64,000 bases of DNA, taken from contig OZ223209.1 of NCBI GenBank assembly GCA_965140415.1, positions 5,152,001-5,216,000 on the forward strand, read 5' to 3'. The position numbers and the translations under genes are program-made. Source of the stretch: Myxococcota bacterium (GTDB lineage: Bacteria > Myxococcota_A > SURF-8). Of the stretch, positions 27,207-38,598 are shown piece after piece. The notes under the pieces were generated by a model, which made no database searches, was not told where the DNA came from, and was given only the letters and a program-made list of their open reading frames with translations. The first letter of the stretch is position 1. Every line of letters starts with the position of its first letter.

Positions 27207-30020
27207 ATGCCTGGTTCCGATCTAACGAAGCTCGGTTTCCATGTTGCCAAGCCTATTTCAGTTTGGAATAAGAAACTCAAATTCGACACAAAAACGATGT
27301 TTGTGTCTTTGGCCAAGGCTACAACCGCCGGCCTCACACAGAAATGGTCGGATCTACCTCCACATCTTTACGATGTACTTTCCTCGATAAATTTGAAAAA
27401 ATCACCAGGAGAGTGGGCTTGGCTGCTCGTGCAACGTGCCACCTTGCGTGCGCTATATGAACTGGTCAAGGAACAGGCCGCGTGGTTAAAACCGGATAAA
27501 CTTTCAAAATCCGAGGCTCTTGCAAATAGCCTTGATTATGCATTTGAGAAGCGGAAAATCGAGATCAACACGTCATTTTTCGATAATCCGGGTAGTTTTC
27601 CCTCCTTGAAATATGTAGAAAAAACCTTCACTCAATGGCTCGTAAAAGTTGGCATCAAGAAAGTTCGAGCGCAGACGATTGCAGCTCGTCTGCCAGCCTT
27701 TTTTACACTCGCACTGCATCACGAATGGTCTGAGAATGCGGCAGACTACGCCGTAATCACTGATAATCTGGATACTCCTTTCCTTAAGGCTGCGAAACAC
27801 GAATTCGAATGGCGGAAATATTCAGCCAAATTGAATAGGCAAGTGAACGAAGCATTGCTTGATGAAGGTTTCGGGCTTTGCGATATCTATGTTCGACTCC
27901 GGGCTTATTACCTAGAAAAAATGGAATTGGAAGAAGGCGATCACAATAAACCTTCCAATGAAGATGTGCTTCCACCTATGGATAAAGAACAGACTTGTAA
28001 ACACGTGGTCGATCTGCATTCGGCAATCAACGAATGGCTCGATAGGTACGAACGAACGGACGGGCTTCGCATAGTAAGTGGAGGGCCAGGAAGTGGAAAA
28101 TCATCATTCGCCAAAATGCTGGCAGCCGAACTTGTCCACGAAGGTAAGCGCTTGCTCTATATACCCTTAAATCATTTCAACCTTAAAGACAGCATCGAGG
28201 AAGCCACGGGGGAGTTTATGCGCCTTCGAGATGAATTCTCGGAGAATCCAACGGAAAAAGAGTATTCCACCCCCTTGATTCTCCTGTTTGATGGATTGGA
28301 TGAATTGGCCGAGCGTGGTACAGCGGGACAGGAAGCAGCCAAGCGTTTTCTCGATCAACTGACTCGCTTTGTCGAAATTGCTAACAACAAATCCTGCCGA
28401 GTTCAGGCATTGGTGTTGGGTCGCGAACTATCCATACAATCGATCGAATACATCCTTAAATCGAAGGACCGCATTTTTTATCTATTGCCTCTTTACTTGA
28501 CAAAGCAGGAAATAAGGAAACGAGAAGAAGACTCTTCTACCAACGAATGGATTGACCCAGACAATCTATTGGAACATGACCAACGCGAGGACTGGTGGGA
28601 GAAGTACAGGAAAGCTTTCGGTGACAAAAGAAAAAAATTACCTGGAGAACTAAAAACCAAAGATCTGGATGAACTGACAGCCGAACCCCTTTTGATTTAC
28701 TTGGTCGTAATTTCTTTTGAAAGTGGGAAGATCGATTTTACAGCATCTGTCACCTTGAACGAAGTCTACCATGTCATGATCAGACATGTATGGGAGCGTG
28801 GATACGAAGATCACAGACATCGAAGCGTAGAGGAACTCGAACTGGAATTCTCGGACTTCGAAAAGGTAATGGAAGAAATCGCCATTGCCGCTTGGCATGG
28901 TAACGGGCGTAAAGCGGGAATCACGGCTATTAAAAACCGATGTACAGGCAAATTGAAGAGTCGACTTGAAAAATTCTCCGAGAAAGCCGAAAAAGGAATA
29001 CTTCGTTTGCTAACGGCTTTTTATTTCCGCAAGGCAGCCTATACGGCCGAGGATGGTGAGGATGTATTTGAGTTTACTCACAAAAGCTTTGGTGAATTTC
29101 TTGTCGCCCGGCACTTGATCCGCAAACTGGAAACAATGATCCGACTGATCAAGCAACACGATACTTCTGAAGATGAAGAATACGGATGGAATCTAGCCCA
29201 GGCTTGGAAGCATTGGATCGAACTCACCGGAGCTACAGCTTTGGATGACTACATTTACAGTTTTTTCCGGCGTGAAGTCGAAAGAAAAAATAAAGAAGCG
29301 GATATAGCTGAATGGCAACAGATCATTATTCGGTTGATGACGTATGCCATTGCGCACGGTATGCCCATGCAAGAGTTGCCAAGGGAACGATTTAGCGAAG
29401 AAAACCGTAAAGCTCGCAACGCAGAAGAAACGATGCTCTCTGTTCACTATGCTTGCGCAGTATTGACCGAAAACGTAGGAAAAATCAAGTGGCCACATGA
29501 AATGGCCGCTGGGGAGTGGTTGAGTCACCTTCAACCGCAACGAAAAGGAGGCTGGAATTCAATTTCATATCAATGTTTAGGATATTTAGATTTTTCATCA
29601 CAACGATTGGATATTCATGATCTTTACGGAGCAAACTTTGAAAATAGTTTTTTCCAGAACTCAAGTTTTTACTATGGATGTTTGGTAAAAGCAAATTTGA
29701 GAAAGACAAACTTTAAAGATGCAATGTTGTTTTGGGCCAACCTAGAAAGGGCCAACCTAGAAGGGGCCAGACTCAGAGGGGCCAGACTCGAATGGGCCAA
29801 CCTAAAAAGGGCCAACCTCGAAGGGGCCAACCTCGAAGGGGCCAACCTAGAAAGGGCCAACCTAGAAGGGGCCAGACTCAGAGGGGCCAGACTCGAATGG
29901 GCCAACCTAAAAAGGGCCAACCTAGAAGGGGCCAGACTCGAAGGGACACTGTTGGAAGGTGAAATTGATTCTCCCCCCCCCGCTCGGAAATCCAAAGGTA
30001 AAAGGAAAAAAAGCGAATAG
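27207..30020 (+). CDS. NACHT-family STAND NTPase with C-terminal pentapeptide repeats
   Basis: Walker A GGPGSGKS, Walker [20 protein letters not shown] winged-helix motif, [10 protein letters not shown] repeats; visibly AT-richer. Confidence 0.88.
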   Translation: MPGSDLTKLGFHVAKPISVWNKKLKFDTKTMFVSLAKATTAGLTQKWSDLPPHLYDVLSSINLKKSPGEWAWLLVQRATLRALYELVKEQAAWLKPDKLSKSEALANSLDYAFEKRKIEINTSFFDNPGSFPSLKYVEKTFTQWLVKVGIKKVRAQTIAARLPAFFTLALHHEWSENAADYAVITDNLDTPFLKAAKHEFEWRKYSAKLNRQVNEALLDEGFGLCDIYVRLRAYYLEKMELEEGDHNKPSNEDVLPPMDKEQTCKHVVDLHSAINEWLDRYERTDGLRIVSGGPGSGKSSFAKMLAAELVHEGKRLLYIPLNHFNLKDSIEEATGEFMRLRDEFSENPTEKEYSTPLILLFDGLDELAERGTAGQEAAKRFLDQLTRFVEIANNKSCRVQALVLGRELSIQSIEYILKSKDRIFYLLPLYLTKQEIRKREEDSSTNEWIDPDNLLEHDQREDWWEKYRKAFGDKRKKLPGELKTKDLDELTAEPLLIYLVVISFESGKIDFTASVTLNEVYHVMIRHVWERGYEDHRHRSVEELELEFSDFEKVMEEIAIAAWHGNGRKAGITAIKNRCTGKLKSRLEKFSEKAEKGILRLLTAFYFRKAAYTAEDGEDVFEFTHKSFGEFLVARHLIRKLETMIRLIKQHDTSEDEEYGWNLAQAWKHWIELTGATALDDYIYSFFRREVERKNKEADIAEWQQIIIRLMTYAIAHGMPMQELPRERFSEENRKARNAEETMLSVHYACAVLTENVGKIKWPHEMAAGEWLSHLQPQRKGGWNSISYQCLGYLDFSSQRLDIHDLYGANFENSFFQNSSFYYGCLVKANLRKTNFKDAMLFWANLERANLEGARLRGARLEWANLKRANLEGANLEGANLERANLEGARLRGARLEWANLKRANLEGARLEGTLLEGEIDSPPPARKSKGKRKKSE
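29733..29946 (+). repeat. 15-bp coding repeats (pentapeptide array)
   Basis: GGGCCAACCTAGAA / GGGCCAGACTCGAA-type units. Confidence 0.9.
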
Positions 30021-30141
30021 CCCTAGGCAATAGTTGACAATAGCAAAGACTACAGATTCGTTTCCGTACTTGCCCTACCGACCCGGCTTCGGGTATGATG
30101 CGCCCACGACATTTCGGTATTCTGTTACAGAAAGGACGATC

Positions 30142-31632
30142 ATGGCCAGCGCACACGCCAACGGCGGATTCATGGGATTATTGAAACGCTATCCGAAAAC
30201 GTTCTGGGTCGCCAACGTGATGGAGTTGTTCGAACGCTGGGCCTATTACGGCATGTTCGGCGTGCTCTCTTTATACCTGACCGATCCGGTCAGTAAAGGC
30301 GGTTTGGGGTTCAGCCAGGAGCAGCGTGGCGCGCTGCAAGGCGTCGTAACGGCCATCATGTACGTGCTGCCGATTCTGGGAGGCGCCATCGCCGACCGCT
30401 TCGGTTTCCGAAAAGTATTGATCGCCGCCTTTTCCATTTTGACTGTGGCCTACTTCATGATGGGTCAGTTCACCAGCTACACCGGCATCTGGCTCGCCTT
30501 CCTGCTTGTCGCCGTGGGAGCGGCGATTTTCAAGCCGGTGATTTCCGGCACCGTCGCTAAAACCACCGACGACAAGACCGCCTCGGTGGGCTTCGGCATT
30601 TTCTACATGATGGTCAATATCGGTGGCTTTGTCGGTCCCTTTGTCGCCGGAGTGCTGCGCAAACTCGACTGGTCCTATGTGTTCATCATGAGCACCGTTG
30701 TCATTGCATTCAACCTGATTCCAACCTTGTTGATCTATCGTGAACCGGGACGCGAAGAGGGCGAGCGGCCCCCCCTGCTGCAATCGCTGGTCGAAATCTG
30801 GCAGAAAACGTTGAGCGTATTCAAAGACTGGAAGTTCATGCTCTTTCTGCTGATCTTCTCCGGGTTCTGGACCATGTTCATTCAGATTTTCATTACGCTG
30901 CCGGTGTTTATCGAGCAATGGGTGGACACCACGGTGCTCTATGATGCCGTAAACAGCATCTGGCCCGCTCTGGCGGAAACGCTGGGTAAAGCGGACGAGC
31001 GCACGATCAATCCCGAAATGATGATCAACCTGGATGCCGGCGCGATCATCTTCTTCCAACTATTGGTCAGCTATGCCGTGATGCGCATGCGCCCCATTTC
31101 CTCGATGGTGCTGGGTATCGCGATTGCCTCCATCGGAACGGCCATGGCCGGACTTTCCAGCAGCGGCTGGATGTGTGTAGCGGCGATTCTGGTTTTTGCT
31201 TTCGGCGAAATGGCTTCTTCTCCCAAAATGACGGAATACGTGGGACGTATTGCGCCCAAGGGCAAAACGGCCTTGTATATGGGCTACGCTTTTCTGCCGG
31301 TGGCCTTTGGTAACCTGCTGGGTGGTGTGCTTTCCGGTGGATTGTACGGAGCCTACAGCGACAAGTTCGTCATTGCGGCGGACTACCTGAAGAGCCAGGG
31401 CATGGCTGCCGAAAAGGTGCAGAACCTGTTGCAGTCGCAACCCCTGGAGTTATGGAATCAGGCGGTGCAGAGTGCCGGAGGCAATGCCGTGCAGGCGCGA
31501 GAAATGCTGTGGCAGAGCTATCACCCGCAACAGGTGTGGTTCTGGTTCATGGGGTTGGGAATATTGACCGGCGTGTTGCTGTTCATCTACGACCGCGTGA
31601 TTTTACCCACCGCCAAACCGGAAGAGGACTAG
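30142..31632 (+). CDS. MFS transporter, POT/PTR peptide-transporter-like
   Basis: MELFERWAYYG (ExxER), GGAIADRFGFRK, FYMMVNIG, GEMASSP. Confidence 0.9.
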   Translation: MASAHANGGFMGLLKRYPKTFWVANVMELFERWAYYGMFGVLSLYLTDPVSKGGLGFSQEQRGALQGVVTAIMYVLPILGGAIADRFGFRKVLIAAFSILTVAYFMMGQFTSYTGIWLAFLLVAVGAAIFKPVISGTVAKTTDDKTASVGFGIFYMMVNIGGFVGPFVAGVLRKLDWSYVFIMSTVVIAFNLIPTLLIYREPGREEGERPPLLQSLVEIWQKTLSVFKDWKFMLFLLIFSGFWTMFIQIFITLPVFIEQWVDTTVLYDAVNSIWPALAETLGKADERTINPEMMINLDAGAIIFFQLLVSYAVMRMRPISSMVLGIAIASIGTAMAGLSSSGWMCVAAILVFAFGEMASSPKMTEYVGRIAPKGKTALYMGYAFLPVAFGNLLGGVLSGGLYGAYSDKFVIAADYLKSQGMAAEKVQNLLQSQPLELWNQAVQSAGGNAVQAREMLWQSYHPQQVWFWFMGLGILTGVLLFIYDRVILPTAKPEED

Positions 31633-31641
31633 GACAGGCGA

Positions 31642-32556
31642 CTAGAACTGCACGAGCAGACCCAACCCGCCTTGTTTGTCTTCCACCGAGACCTGAGGGG
31701 TCAGGTTTACGATTGGTGGCTGTTTAACTTGCTGTAAAACCAGGCGTGTTTCGGGAGGCTCGGCAGGGTCCAGGCTGGCCGAATACTGCCGATAGGGCTG
31801 TAATTGCTTAACCGTGCCGGTATCCAACAGGGTTGCCGGAGCCCACCTGCTGGTCATAATCGATCCGGCGATGCCCATCGGCAATCCGGCTCCTACAAGA
31901 ATGCCGCCTGAAATGCCGGTTCCCGTTACAGCCTTTTTTGAAATGCCTTTTCCCGACAAGACGCCGCAGGTGATCAGCAACGCGGTTCCAAATGAGAACA
32001 GCACCCAGCCGCCGGATTTCAATCCCTTTCCTCCGATGCGCGTATAGTTGTAATATTCGGTGAAACTGCTGTAACCCCAGTACCAGATATCCGAATACTC
32101 CACCGTGGGCACGTTCAGGTACATCATCGAAGCCAGAACGCTTAGTGACTTGTCATCGTATAGGCCCATTCGATGTCGTTCCAAATATACCGCTACGAAC
32201 TCCTCTGCGCTAAATCCCCGCAGCTTCATTCGAAAGGTGGCCTGGCGCTCGGTATCCGAGTATTGATACCCGGCCATTCGCAACTGTTTTTCCTGATCTT
32301 TGCTGAAAGAATACGGCCATTCCTGAATGGCCGTATTCTCAGGTGGGTTTTTCTGTTGCACGTTTTTTTGCATGGCACGTTTACCGACGGGGCGTTTTGC
32401 AATTAAAACGGGAGAATGATCGACCGCTTCACCGACTCCCGACACTCTCGAATCCTCAAAGGTATCCAATGTAACCGCCCATGCTCCGGTTGGTTGTGCA
32501 AGAATGACGATTACGAAACAAGCAACACAGGTTTGCAACCATGACATCGTCTGCAT
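31642..32556 (-). CDS. Hypothetical exported/membrane protein
   Basis: Signal peptide from MQTMSW, two Gly-rich hydrophobic helices, C-terminal GGLGLLVQF. Confidence 0.65.
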   Translation of the reverse strand: MQTMSWLQTCVACFVIVILAQPTGAWAVTLDTFEDSRVSGVGEAVDHSPVLIAKRPVGKRAMQKNVQQKNPPENTAIQEWPYSFSKDQEKQLRMAGYQYSDTERQATFRMKLRGFSAEEFVAVYLERHRMGLYDDKSLSVLASMMYLNVPTVEYSDIWYWGYSSFTEYYNYTRIGGKGLKSGGWVLFSFGTALLITCGVLSGKGISKKAVTGTGISGGILVGAGLPMGIAGSIMTSRWAPATLLDTGTVKQLQPYRQYSASLDPAEPPETRLVLQQVKQPPIVNLTPQVSVEDKQGGLGLLVQF

Positions 32557-32581
32557 TGTTTTTTCCTTCCAATGATAAATA

Positions 32582-35500
32582 TTAGGGTGTAGCTGTCGGA
32601 TCGATTTCCATATGGCCGCCGCTGATGCATTCGTCGTCCACCGAATCCGTATTGCCGTCGCTGTCGTTATCGACACCATCCTGGCAGAAATCCTGGATGC
32701 ATCGGTGATGGTCCAGGTTGCAATAGAAACCGGACGCGCAGTTAGCATCGCTGGTGCAATCCCAACTTCGGTCGGGGAGTTGGTTGCTTAAGTCGTACAG
32801 GCCCAGAGTGTCGTCCCAACTGCCTGCGGTCAGCCACTCATCGTTCGGATCGAAATCGAGGTCGTAAACTTCTCCCTCTTGTTTGGCCAACGTGCGAAAG
32901 AGCACCGGAAGTGTCGGCGGTGTGCTCCACAAACCGGAGGCGTCCCACAGTTTTGTCGTGTGATCGAGGCTGACACTGCCTAACGTGGAGCCTTCGTAAG
33001 AGAATTTGACGGTGTATCCGATCTTGTCATGGGTATCGATGGTGCCGATGTCTACTGGTGATTGTGGGTCGGTAATGTCCCAGATCCTGATCTGTCCGAT
33101 AGCCGGAGAGCCTCCGTCGCTCGTGCTTACCGCCAGGAAGGATTGATCGGGACTGATCGTCACTCCAAGCACGGCTCCTGTGGTGGTCAGTCTTTTCAGT
33201 TGCGTGCCGCTCATCAGCTCGTAGATGTAAATGATGCCTTTGTCACCCGTTGCAGAGGTATTCCCTCCAGCAACAACCAGCAAACGCCCATCTACGCTTA
33301 AATCCAGTGCTTGGGTTTGGTAATCGCTGTGGGAGTATCGCTTCTTTTCCAAGCCGTCTGCCATGGAGTAAATTACAACGTTCCCTGAAAGAGGGCTATA
33401 GTAGCCGTTTCCAACCACCAGGTAACGCCCGTCCGGCGTGAACTTGATGTCTTTGGGATCGTTGCTGGTCATCGTCAACGTGTGTACGAGGATGCCTGTC
33501 AGGGTTTCATAAACGACCACTGCACCTCTGTAACCGGCTGCAATCAGGGTGCCATCCGGAGAAAACGCGAGTGAATAAGGAGTGCTGGCAATGCTCAGCG
33601 TATTGATTTCGCCCAGGTCGGATGTGTTGTGGATTTTTACTCCCTGGTAATAGGCTCCTGCGACCATGGTGCCGTCGCCGGAATAGTCCACCTCTCGTAC
33701 CCAATCTGGATGTGTAAGGCGATAGTACATCTGGCTTTCGCAGATGCCGTCTTGGCAGTAATCCCAGGTGTTGAAGATACCATTGTCACAGTATCCATCC
33801 TGATTAATGGCGTGGCTTCCGTTGCAGCATTCGTTCACCGTGCTACAGGCGATCAGTTCTCCTTCGCTATCCAGATCGCCATCGGGAGCGGCTTCATCGC
33901 GCACGCAGCGAACCTGGAACTGATAGGAGTCGTAGGCATAGGTAATCTTTCCCCATTTGAAATCAACGTACCAGGGTTTCCCCGCCAGACCGGATTCCAG
34001 GGTAGACGACCAATTCCGCCAGCAGGTTCCCTCCAGATTCGCATTCCAGTAGCAGCCATTTTCCGGACCCATGTTGTAGTCACAGCCACTGCAATTGGTG
34101 CTCCAGCAGGATTCAATGGCGCAGCTATCGGTCACGCCGCAACTGCCCCCGGTTTCAGTTGCCGGGCAGCCTTCCACCAGGGTGCGGAAATCATCGATGG
34201 TCGGCAGCCGCCAGTCGTCGTAGCCATCCCAGCTCAGGTTGTCGCAATAAGTAACTTGCGCCGATTGGTAACTGATTTCCAGTGGCGGGTTCTTCTGCCA
34301 TCTTAGATTGTTGGTGGTGTCCAGCCAGGTTTTCTCGACGATTACCTCGATATCGGCTTCCGGTTCAAGTTCTTGCTCCGGTTCCGCATCCGGCTCGCTG
34401 TCTGGTTCGATGTCCGGGTCGGCATCGCCATCAATTGCCGAGTCTCCGTCAGTCTCGGTATCTCCGTCAGTCTCGGTATCCCCATCGACCACAATGTCAC
34501 CGTCGATTTCGGAATCACCATCAACCACAATGTCACCGTCGACTTCGGTATCACCGTCAATTACAAAGTCCCCATCCGGTTGACCGGCGTCTCTGACGCA
34601 CAATACGGACAAATCTTCGTTTTCGGTATGGCTGACGACATCGGCACCATCGAAATGAATTGCCCAGTAGTTCCCGGCTTGACCGGTATCGCGGGAGGAA
34701 GACCAGTAGAGCGTGTCGCAGCCGGGTAACATTTCCTGTGGCCAATAACAGCCTTGACTCGAGTCACAACTGTTACTCATACAGTCGATGGTCCAACAGG
34801 TATTGTAGTCCAGACAATCCAGCAAGACCGGACATGCACCCGTGGGGGATGTTGCATCGCAGCCCCGTACCAACTGACGCAGTTCCAGAATGTTCGGCAT
34901 GCGCCAGTCTTCATTGCCGTTCCAGACTAGTGCATCGCAATGATGAAGTACTTCGGTATATGTTGCCGTAAAGGGCTGCGCTGGATTCTGCCATTGCAGG
35001 TTTTCGACTAAAAGCACATCCTGTGGTGCGGACTCTAAATCTGTTTCATATTCCTGATCTGCTTCCAGTTCCTGTTCGGCTTCCTGCGCATCCCCGTCTG
35101 CATCCTCGTCTGCATCTTCATCCAAATCACCATCAGTTGGATCGGGGTCCGCATCCGCCACAAGGTCATCGTCGCCATCGACGGTGGGAGTTTCCACGAT
35201 GGTAAGAATCCAGGTTCGGTACATGCCGACCGTACCGTCATCCGACTGCAAAGCCCATAAGAAGGTCAGCACATCGCCAACTTCGATTCCCTGTCCCAGG
35301 AAATTTCCATTGACCTGATAACTTTCCCCCACCATTTCTCCAGTGATTTCCATATAGCTTTCGCTGTTGGGCACCGACAGGATGGCAGCGTCGATGGTTC
35401 CCGGGAAATCCGTATCCAGATTGATGGTAAATCGTTCCGATTTGGCAACGGTCTCCGGTGCATCTAAAAACGTGATCTGCGGTGCCGAGCTGCCGCCCGA

Positions 35501-36085
35501 TCCGGGTGGAGGTGGTTCGTTGATAAGTGTTGCCCCCTGCATGTCGAGCAGATCCATCTGTTCTTTTGCGTCGGGCAGCGGCGTGTCTTCGATGAGAATG
35601 CCGAACTCGATGTAGGGCCCGGTAAGCCATTCTCCTGCTGTGGCCGCTTCGATCTGCAAGGCGAATGTCAGTGTAAAGCGCTCGCCGTGCAGCTGGGCAT
35701 CGTCTTTCAGACTTCCAACGATCGTCATTATCTGCTCTTGCAAATCACCGGTCACGATCCAATAACTGGTTGCGCCTTTGACATACACGATGCTGCGTTT
35801 CACCGCTTCAGGTTGATCGTAGCTGCTGACCAACTCCATTGCAAAAGTGGAGTCCGGGTATAACACTCCACTCATATTCACCTGATCGATGACGGGGGCT
35901 CCGGTTCCATCGCTGGATTCGGGAGGTTCTCCCTCGTTTGGAACGCCGTCTTCGAAGTCGAGCGCATCGGTCAAGCGATCCGCCAGAGTCTTGGCGATGT
36001 CACCCGCGTCGGTATCGTCCGAGCAGGCCGTTAAAGCCAGAGCAACCCAGATGGCTGCGATCACAAAAAATGCATATTTTGACAT
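32582..36085 (-). CDS. Multidomain lipoprotein: two DUF1566-like domains, DGD linkers, WD40-like propeller
   Basis: Lipobox LTAC; WRMPNILELR..YWSSS..VLCVR and WRLPTIDDFR..NWSST..VRCVR; SVSLDHTTKLWD, GSWDDTLGLYD; CQDGVDNDSDGNTD. Confidence 0.85.
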   Translation of the reverse strand: MSKYAFFVIAAIWVALALTACSDDTDAGDIAKTLADRLTDALDFEDGVPNEGEPPESSDGTGAPVIDQVNMSGVLYPDSTFAMELVSSYDQPEAVKRSIVYVKGATSYWIVTGDLQEQIMTIVGSLKDDAQLHGERFTLTFALQIEAATAGEWLTGPYIEFGILIEDTPLPDAKEQMDLLDMQGATLINEPPPPGSGGSSAPQITFLDAPETVAKSERFTINLDTDFPGTIDAAILSVPNSESYMEITGEMVGESYQVNGNFLGQGIEVGDVLTFLWALQSDDGTVGMYRTWILTIVETPTVDGDDDLVADADPDPTDGDLDEDADEDADGDAQEAEQELEADQEYETDLESAPQDVLLVENLQWQNPAQPFTATYTEVLHHCDALVWNGNEDWRMPNILELRQLVRGCDATSPTGACPVLLDCLDYNTCWTIDCMSNSCDSSQGCYWPQEMLPGCDTLYWSSSRDTGQAGNYWAIHFDGADVVSHTENEDLSVLCVRDAGQPDGDFVIDGDTEVDGDIVVDGDSEIDGDIVVDGDTETDGDTETDGDSAIDGDADPDIEPDSEPDAEPEQELEPEADIEVIVEKTWLDTTNNLRWQKNPPLEISYQSAQVTYCDNLSWDGYDDWRLPTIDDFRTLVEGCPATETGGSCGVTDSCAIESCWSTNCSGCDYNMGPENGCYWNANLEGTCWRNWSSTLESGLAGKPWYVDFKWGKITYAYDSYQFQVRCVRDEAAPDGDLDSEGELIACSTVNECCNGSHAINQDGYCDNGIFNTWDYCQDGICESQMYYRLTHPDWVREVDYSGDGTMVAGAYYQGVKIHNTSDLGEINTLSIASTPYSLAFSPDGTLIAAGYRGAVVVYETLTGILVHTLTMTSNDPKDIKFTPDGRYLVVGNGYYSPLSGNVVIYSMADGLEKKRYSHSDYQTQALDLSVDGRLLVVAGGNTSATGDKGIIYIYELMSGTQLKRLTTTGAVLGVTISPDQSFLAVSTSDGGSPAIGQIRIWDITDPQSPVDIGTIDTHDKIGYTVKFSYEGSTLGSVSLDHTTKLWDASGLWSTPPTLPVLFRTLAKQEGEVYDLDFDPNDEWLTAGSWDDTLGLYDLSNQLPDRSWDCTSDANCASGFYCNLDHHRCIQDFCQDGVDNDSDGNTDSVDDECISGGHMEIDPTATP

Positions 36086-36442
36086 ACCTTACCTCCCATT
36101 GTAGGTAACCGTAACTGCATACTCTGGATAGTTAAATATTATGATGTCACCATAGCACTCATGTTTGAAAATGAGAAGGATTTTCAGAGGCGGTTTTACC
36201 AAGAGTAAAGAATAAATATTCTGTGAAGGACGCGTTTTGAAAATCTCAGTCTTGGCTTGGGTGAGTTTTGGGATTCCCTTGTGAATTCATGTGGGTAGAG
36301 TGCGGCTTGGTGAGATATGTCGGATCTCATTTGGTTTCGTGGTTCAATCGTCTTGAACGTGATCCAATCAAGCGATTTACCAGAGTTCATGTTTGTAGAA
36401 TCAAACGTAAAAGTTTGAGCTTGATCGTCAACTTGACTAAAA

Positions 36443-38245
36443 CTATTGCTTGTCCTTTATCGCTTTTGTGTTGGCAATAAGTTCCTTTTCAATACGACAT
36501 CCTTCCTCAGATCCTAAAGCACAACCTTTGCTGGCATAGGTCATTGCTTCATCTAACTTTCCTTTCTCTTGGTACAATTTCATCTGTGCATCACAGGCTT
36601 CTGCCAATCCCAAGTCACAGCCTTTGCTCGCATAAGATGAAATTTCTTCATGTCTCCCCAGCTTTTGTAAAATCTCGGTTGCTTTTTGGCAGGAGTTGGC
36701 AGTTCCCATGTTTGAACTTCCAACTTGTGTCACCTTGGGGGAATTTAAATCCTGTATCGTAATCGAAATCGAAGAGTTGTCCTTCAGAGGAGAAATTGTG
36801 TCCATTCCCTTTTCACATCCTTGGCTTGCGTATCGAAACGCTGTTTCCAAGTCGCCTTTTCCTTCATACAATACAGCCGCTTGTTCACAAGCATGACCCG
36901 TTCCCAGTTCGCAACCTTTCTGAGTGTATGGCAGAGCCTCGTTTTGCTTGTTTTGTTCCAGAAGGAGTTTTGCAGCATTTAAGCAAGATTGCCCATTTCC
37001 TAAATCACAGCCTTTTGAAGCCGGCTGTAAAGCTTCCTCATTTTTCTCCATCAGTACCAGGATAGAAGCCTCATTGCCGCAAGCTAGGGCATTTTTAAGA
37101 TTGCACCCATTGTTGGCATAGGATAATGCTTCTTCAGGTTTTTCCTGCTTGACTAGAATCACGGCAGCGTTGTTACAAGCTAAAGCATCTTTCTGTTTAC
37201 AGCCTTTGATTGCATAGGTCATTGCTTCATCAAGTTTGTTCAGACCGATCAGGGCCCCTGCTGCGTTGCCACATGTGTTTTCTCCTCCTAATTCACATGC
37301 CATGATTGCATAAGAGGACGCTTCTTCGAACTTTCCTTGTTTGGAAAGGATTCCTGATGCGCTGCTGCATGCTTCACCATTTTTTAGCTGACAGCCTTTT
37401 TCAGAAAAGCGCCATGCTTCATCTTCTTTCCCTTCTAACAACAAAATGTATGCCGAACGGTTGCAAGCCAGACCATCTTCCAATTCACAACCTTTTTTTG
37501 CGTATGGTAATGCATCCTTGAATTTTCCCTGGCCAGCCATAACATTGACGATTTCTGAGCAAGCTGATCTGTTTCCCAATTCGCAACCTTGTTTTAAACA
37601 AAATGTTGCTTCATCTTGTTTCTTTTGATGCTGTAGGATATAGCCAGCTTGCCAACAAGCAAAAGCATCTTTCATCTCGCAGCCTTTTCTTGCGAATGGT
37701 AATGCCTCGTCGAGTTTTCCCTGATTACCCCAAATTTCAGCGCCTCTTTTACAGGCGATTCCATTTCCCAGATCACAACCAGTTTTTAGATACTGCGTTG
37801 CTTCATTGGATTTCCCTTGGTCCTCCAATATTTTAGCTGCCATGATGCAGGAAACGTCACTTTTTTGTTCACAGCCACTCTTTGCATAGGGCCATGCCTC
37901 AACTAATTTTCCTTGCATCGCCAGGATTCCCGCTACTAAGCTGCATGCGTTTTGGCTTCCCGTTTCGCAGCCTTTCTTTCCAATAGGCAATGCTTCATCC
38001 GCTTTGTTCTGGTCTATCAATATTTTTGCAGCAATAAAACAACTCGGACCGTTTTTCAGCTCGCATGCTTTTTTGGCGTAGAGCAACGTCCCGTTCAAAT
38101 CGCCTTTTTCAATAGTGGCAGCCATCACATCAAGGCATGCCTTTACACTTCCTTCAAGGCAATCCGATTTTTCATCCGCTAGTGCAGTAGATCCAAAGAT
38201 TGACATTGTGAACATCACAGTCAAGAAAGAGAGATGCTTTAGCAT
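36443..38245 (-). CDS. Secreted Sel1/Hcp-like cysteine-rich repeat protein
   Basis: Signal peptide; about 15 repeats of about 34 aa with KGCxLxxxxAC; GGAGG RBS; AT-rich. Confidence 0.85.
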   Translation of the reverse strand: MLKHLSFLTVMFTMSIFGSTALADEKSDCLEGSVKACLDVMAATIEKGDLNGTLLYAKKACELKNGPSCFIAAKILIDQNKADEALPIGKKGCETGSQNACSLVAGILAMQGKLVEAWPYAKSGCEQKSDVSCIMAAKILEDQGKSNEATQYLKTGCDLGNGIACKRGAEIWGNQGKLDEALPFARKGCEMKDAFACWQAGYILQHQKKQDEATFCLKQGCELGNRSACSEIVNVMAGQGKFKDALPYAKKGCELEDGLACNRSAYILLLEGKEDEAWRFSEKGCQLKNGEACSSASGILSKQGKFEEASSYAIMACELGGENTCGNAAGALIGLNKLDEAMTYAIKGCKQKDALACNNAAVILVKQEKPEEALSYANNGCNLKNALACGNEASILVLMEKNEEALQPASKGCDLGNGQSCLNAAKLLLEQNKQNEALPYTQKGCELGTGHACEQAAVLYEGKGDLETAFRYASQGCEKGMDTISPLKDNSSISITIQDLNSPKVTQVGSSNMGTANSCQKATEILQKLGRHEEISSYASKGCDLGLAEACDAQMKLYQEKGKLDEAMTYASKGCALGSEEGCRIEKELIANTKAIKDKQ

Positions 38246-38389
38246 GACTACCTCCATTTTTATCTTTGAGATGAGTCTGATGGTATTAGTTGCATTGGGT
38301 GGTTGTAATGGTGCAATGACTCATTAGAACTCCCCAAAATGTTAATCTTCGTATGTGACTAATGTGACTGAGTACATTCTTGTTGTCAA

Positions 38390-38421
38390 GTACTAATCAT
38401 GATGCGTACTAATCATGATGC
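38390..38421. repeat. Perfect 16-bp tandem duplication
   Basis: GTACTAATCATGATGC x2. Confidence 0.9.
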
Positions 38422-38598
38422 GGTTCAAGTTAAGAAAGGTGGAAAGTAGGTAAATCCTATTATATCAAATTGATACTAAGATTAGTAATATTACACTGAA
38501 TATACTCCATAAAAGCAAGATGACGGCTGCTGTTGCCGTCGGCGGGGTGGTGCGGGTTGTGATTGTGATTGAATCGAGAAGGGGGAGTTCTGTTTTTT

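Noticed and set aside
32582-36085. Diversity-generating retroelement
   Set aside because: No reverse transcriptase or template repeat in the window; the two DUF1566-like domains are broadly diverged rather than adenine-specific variants
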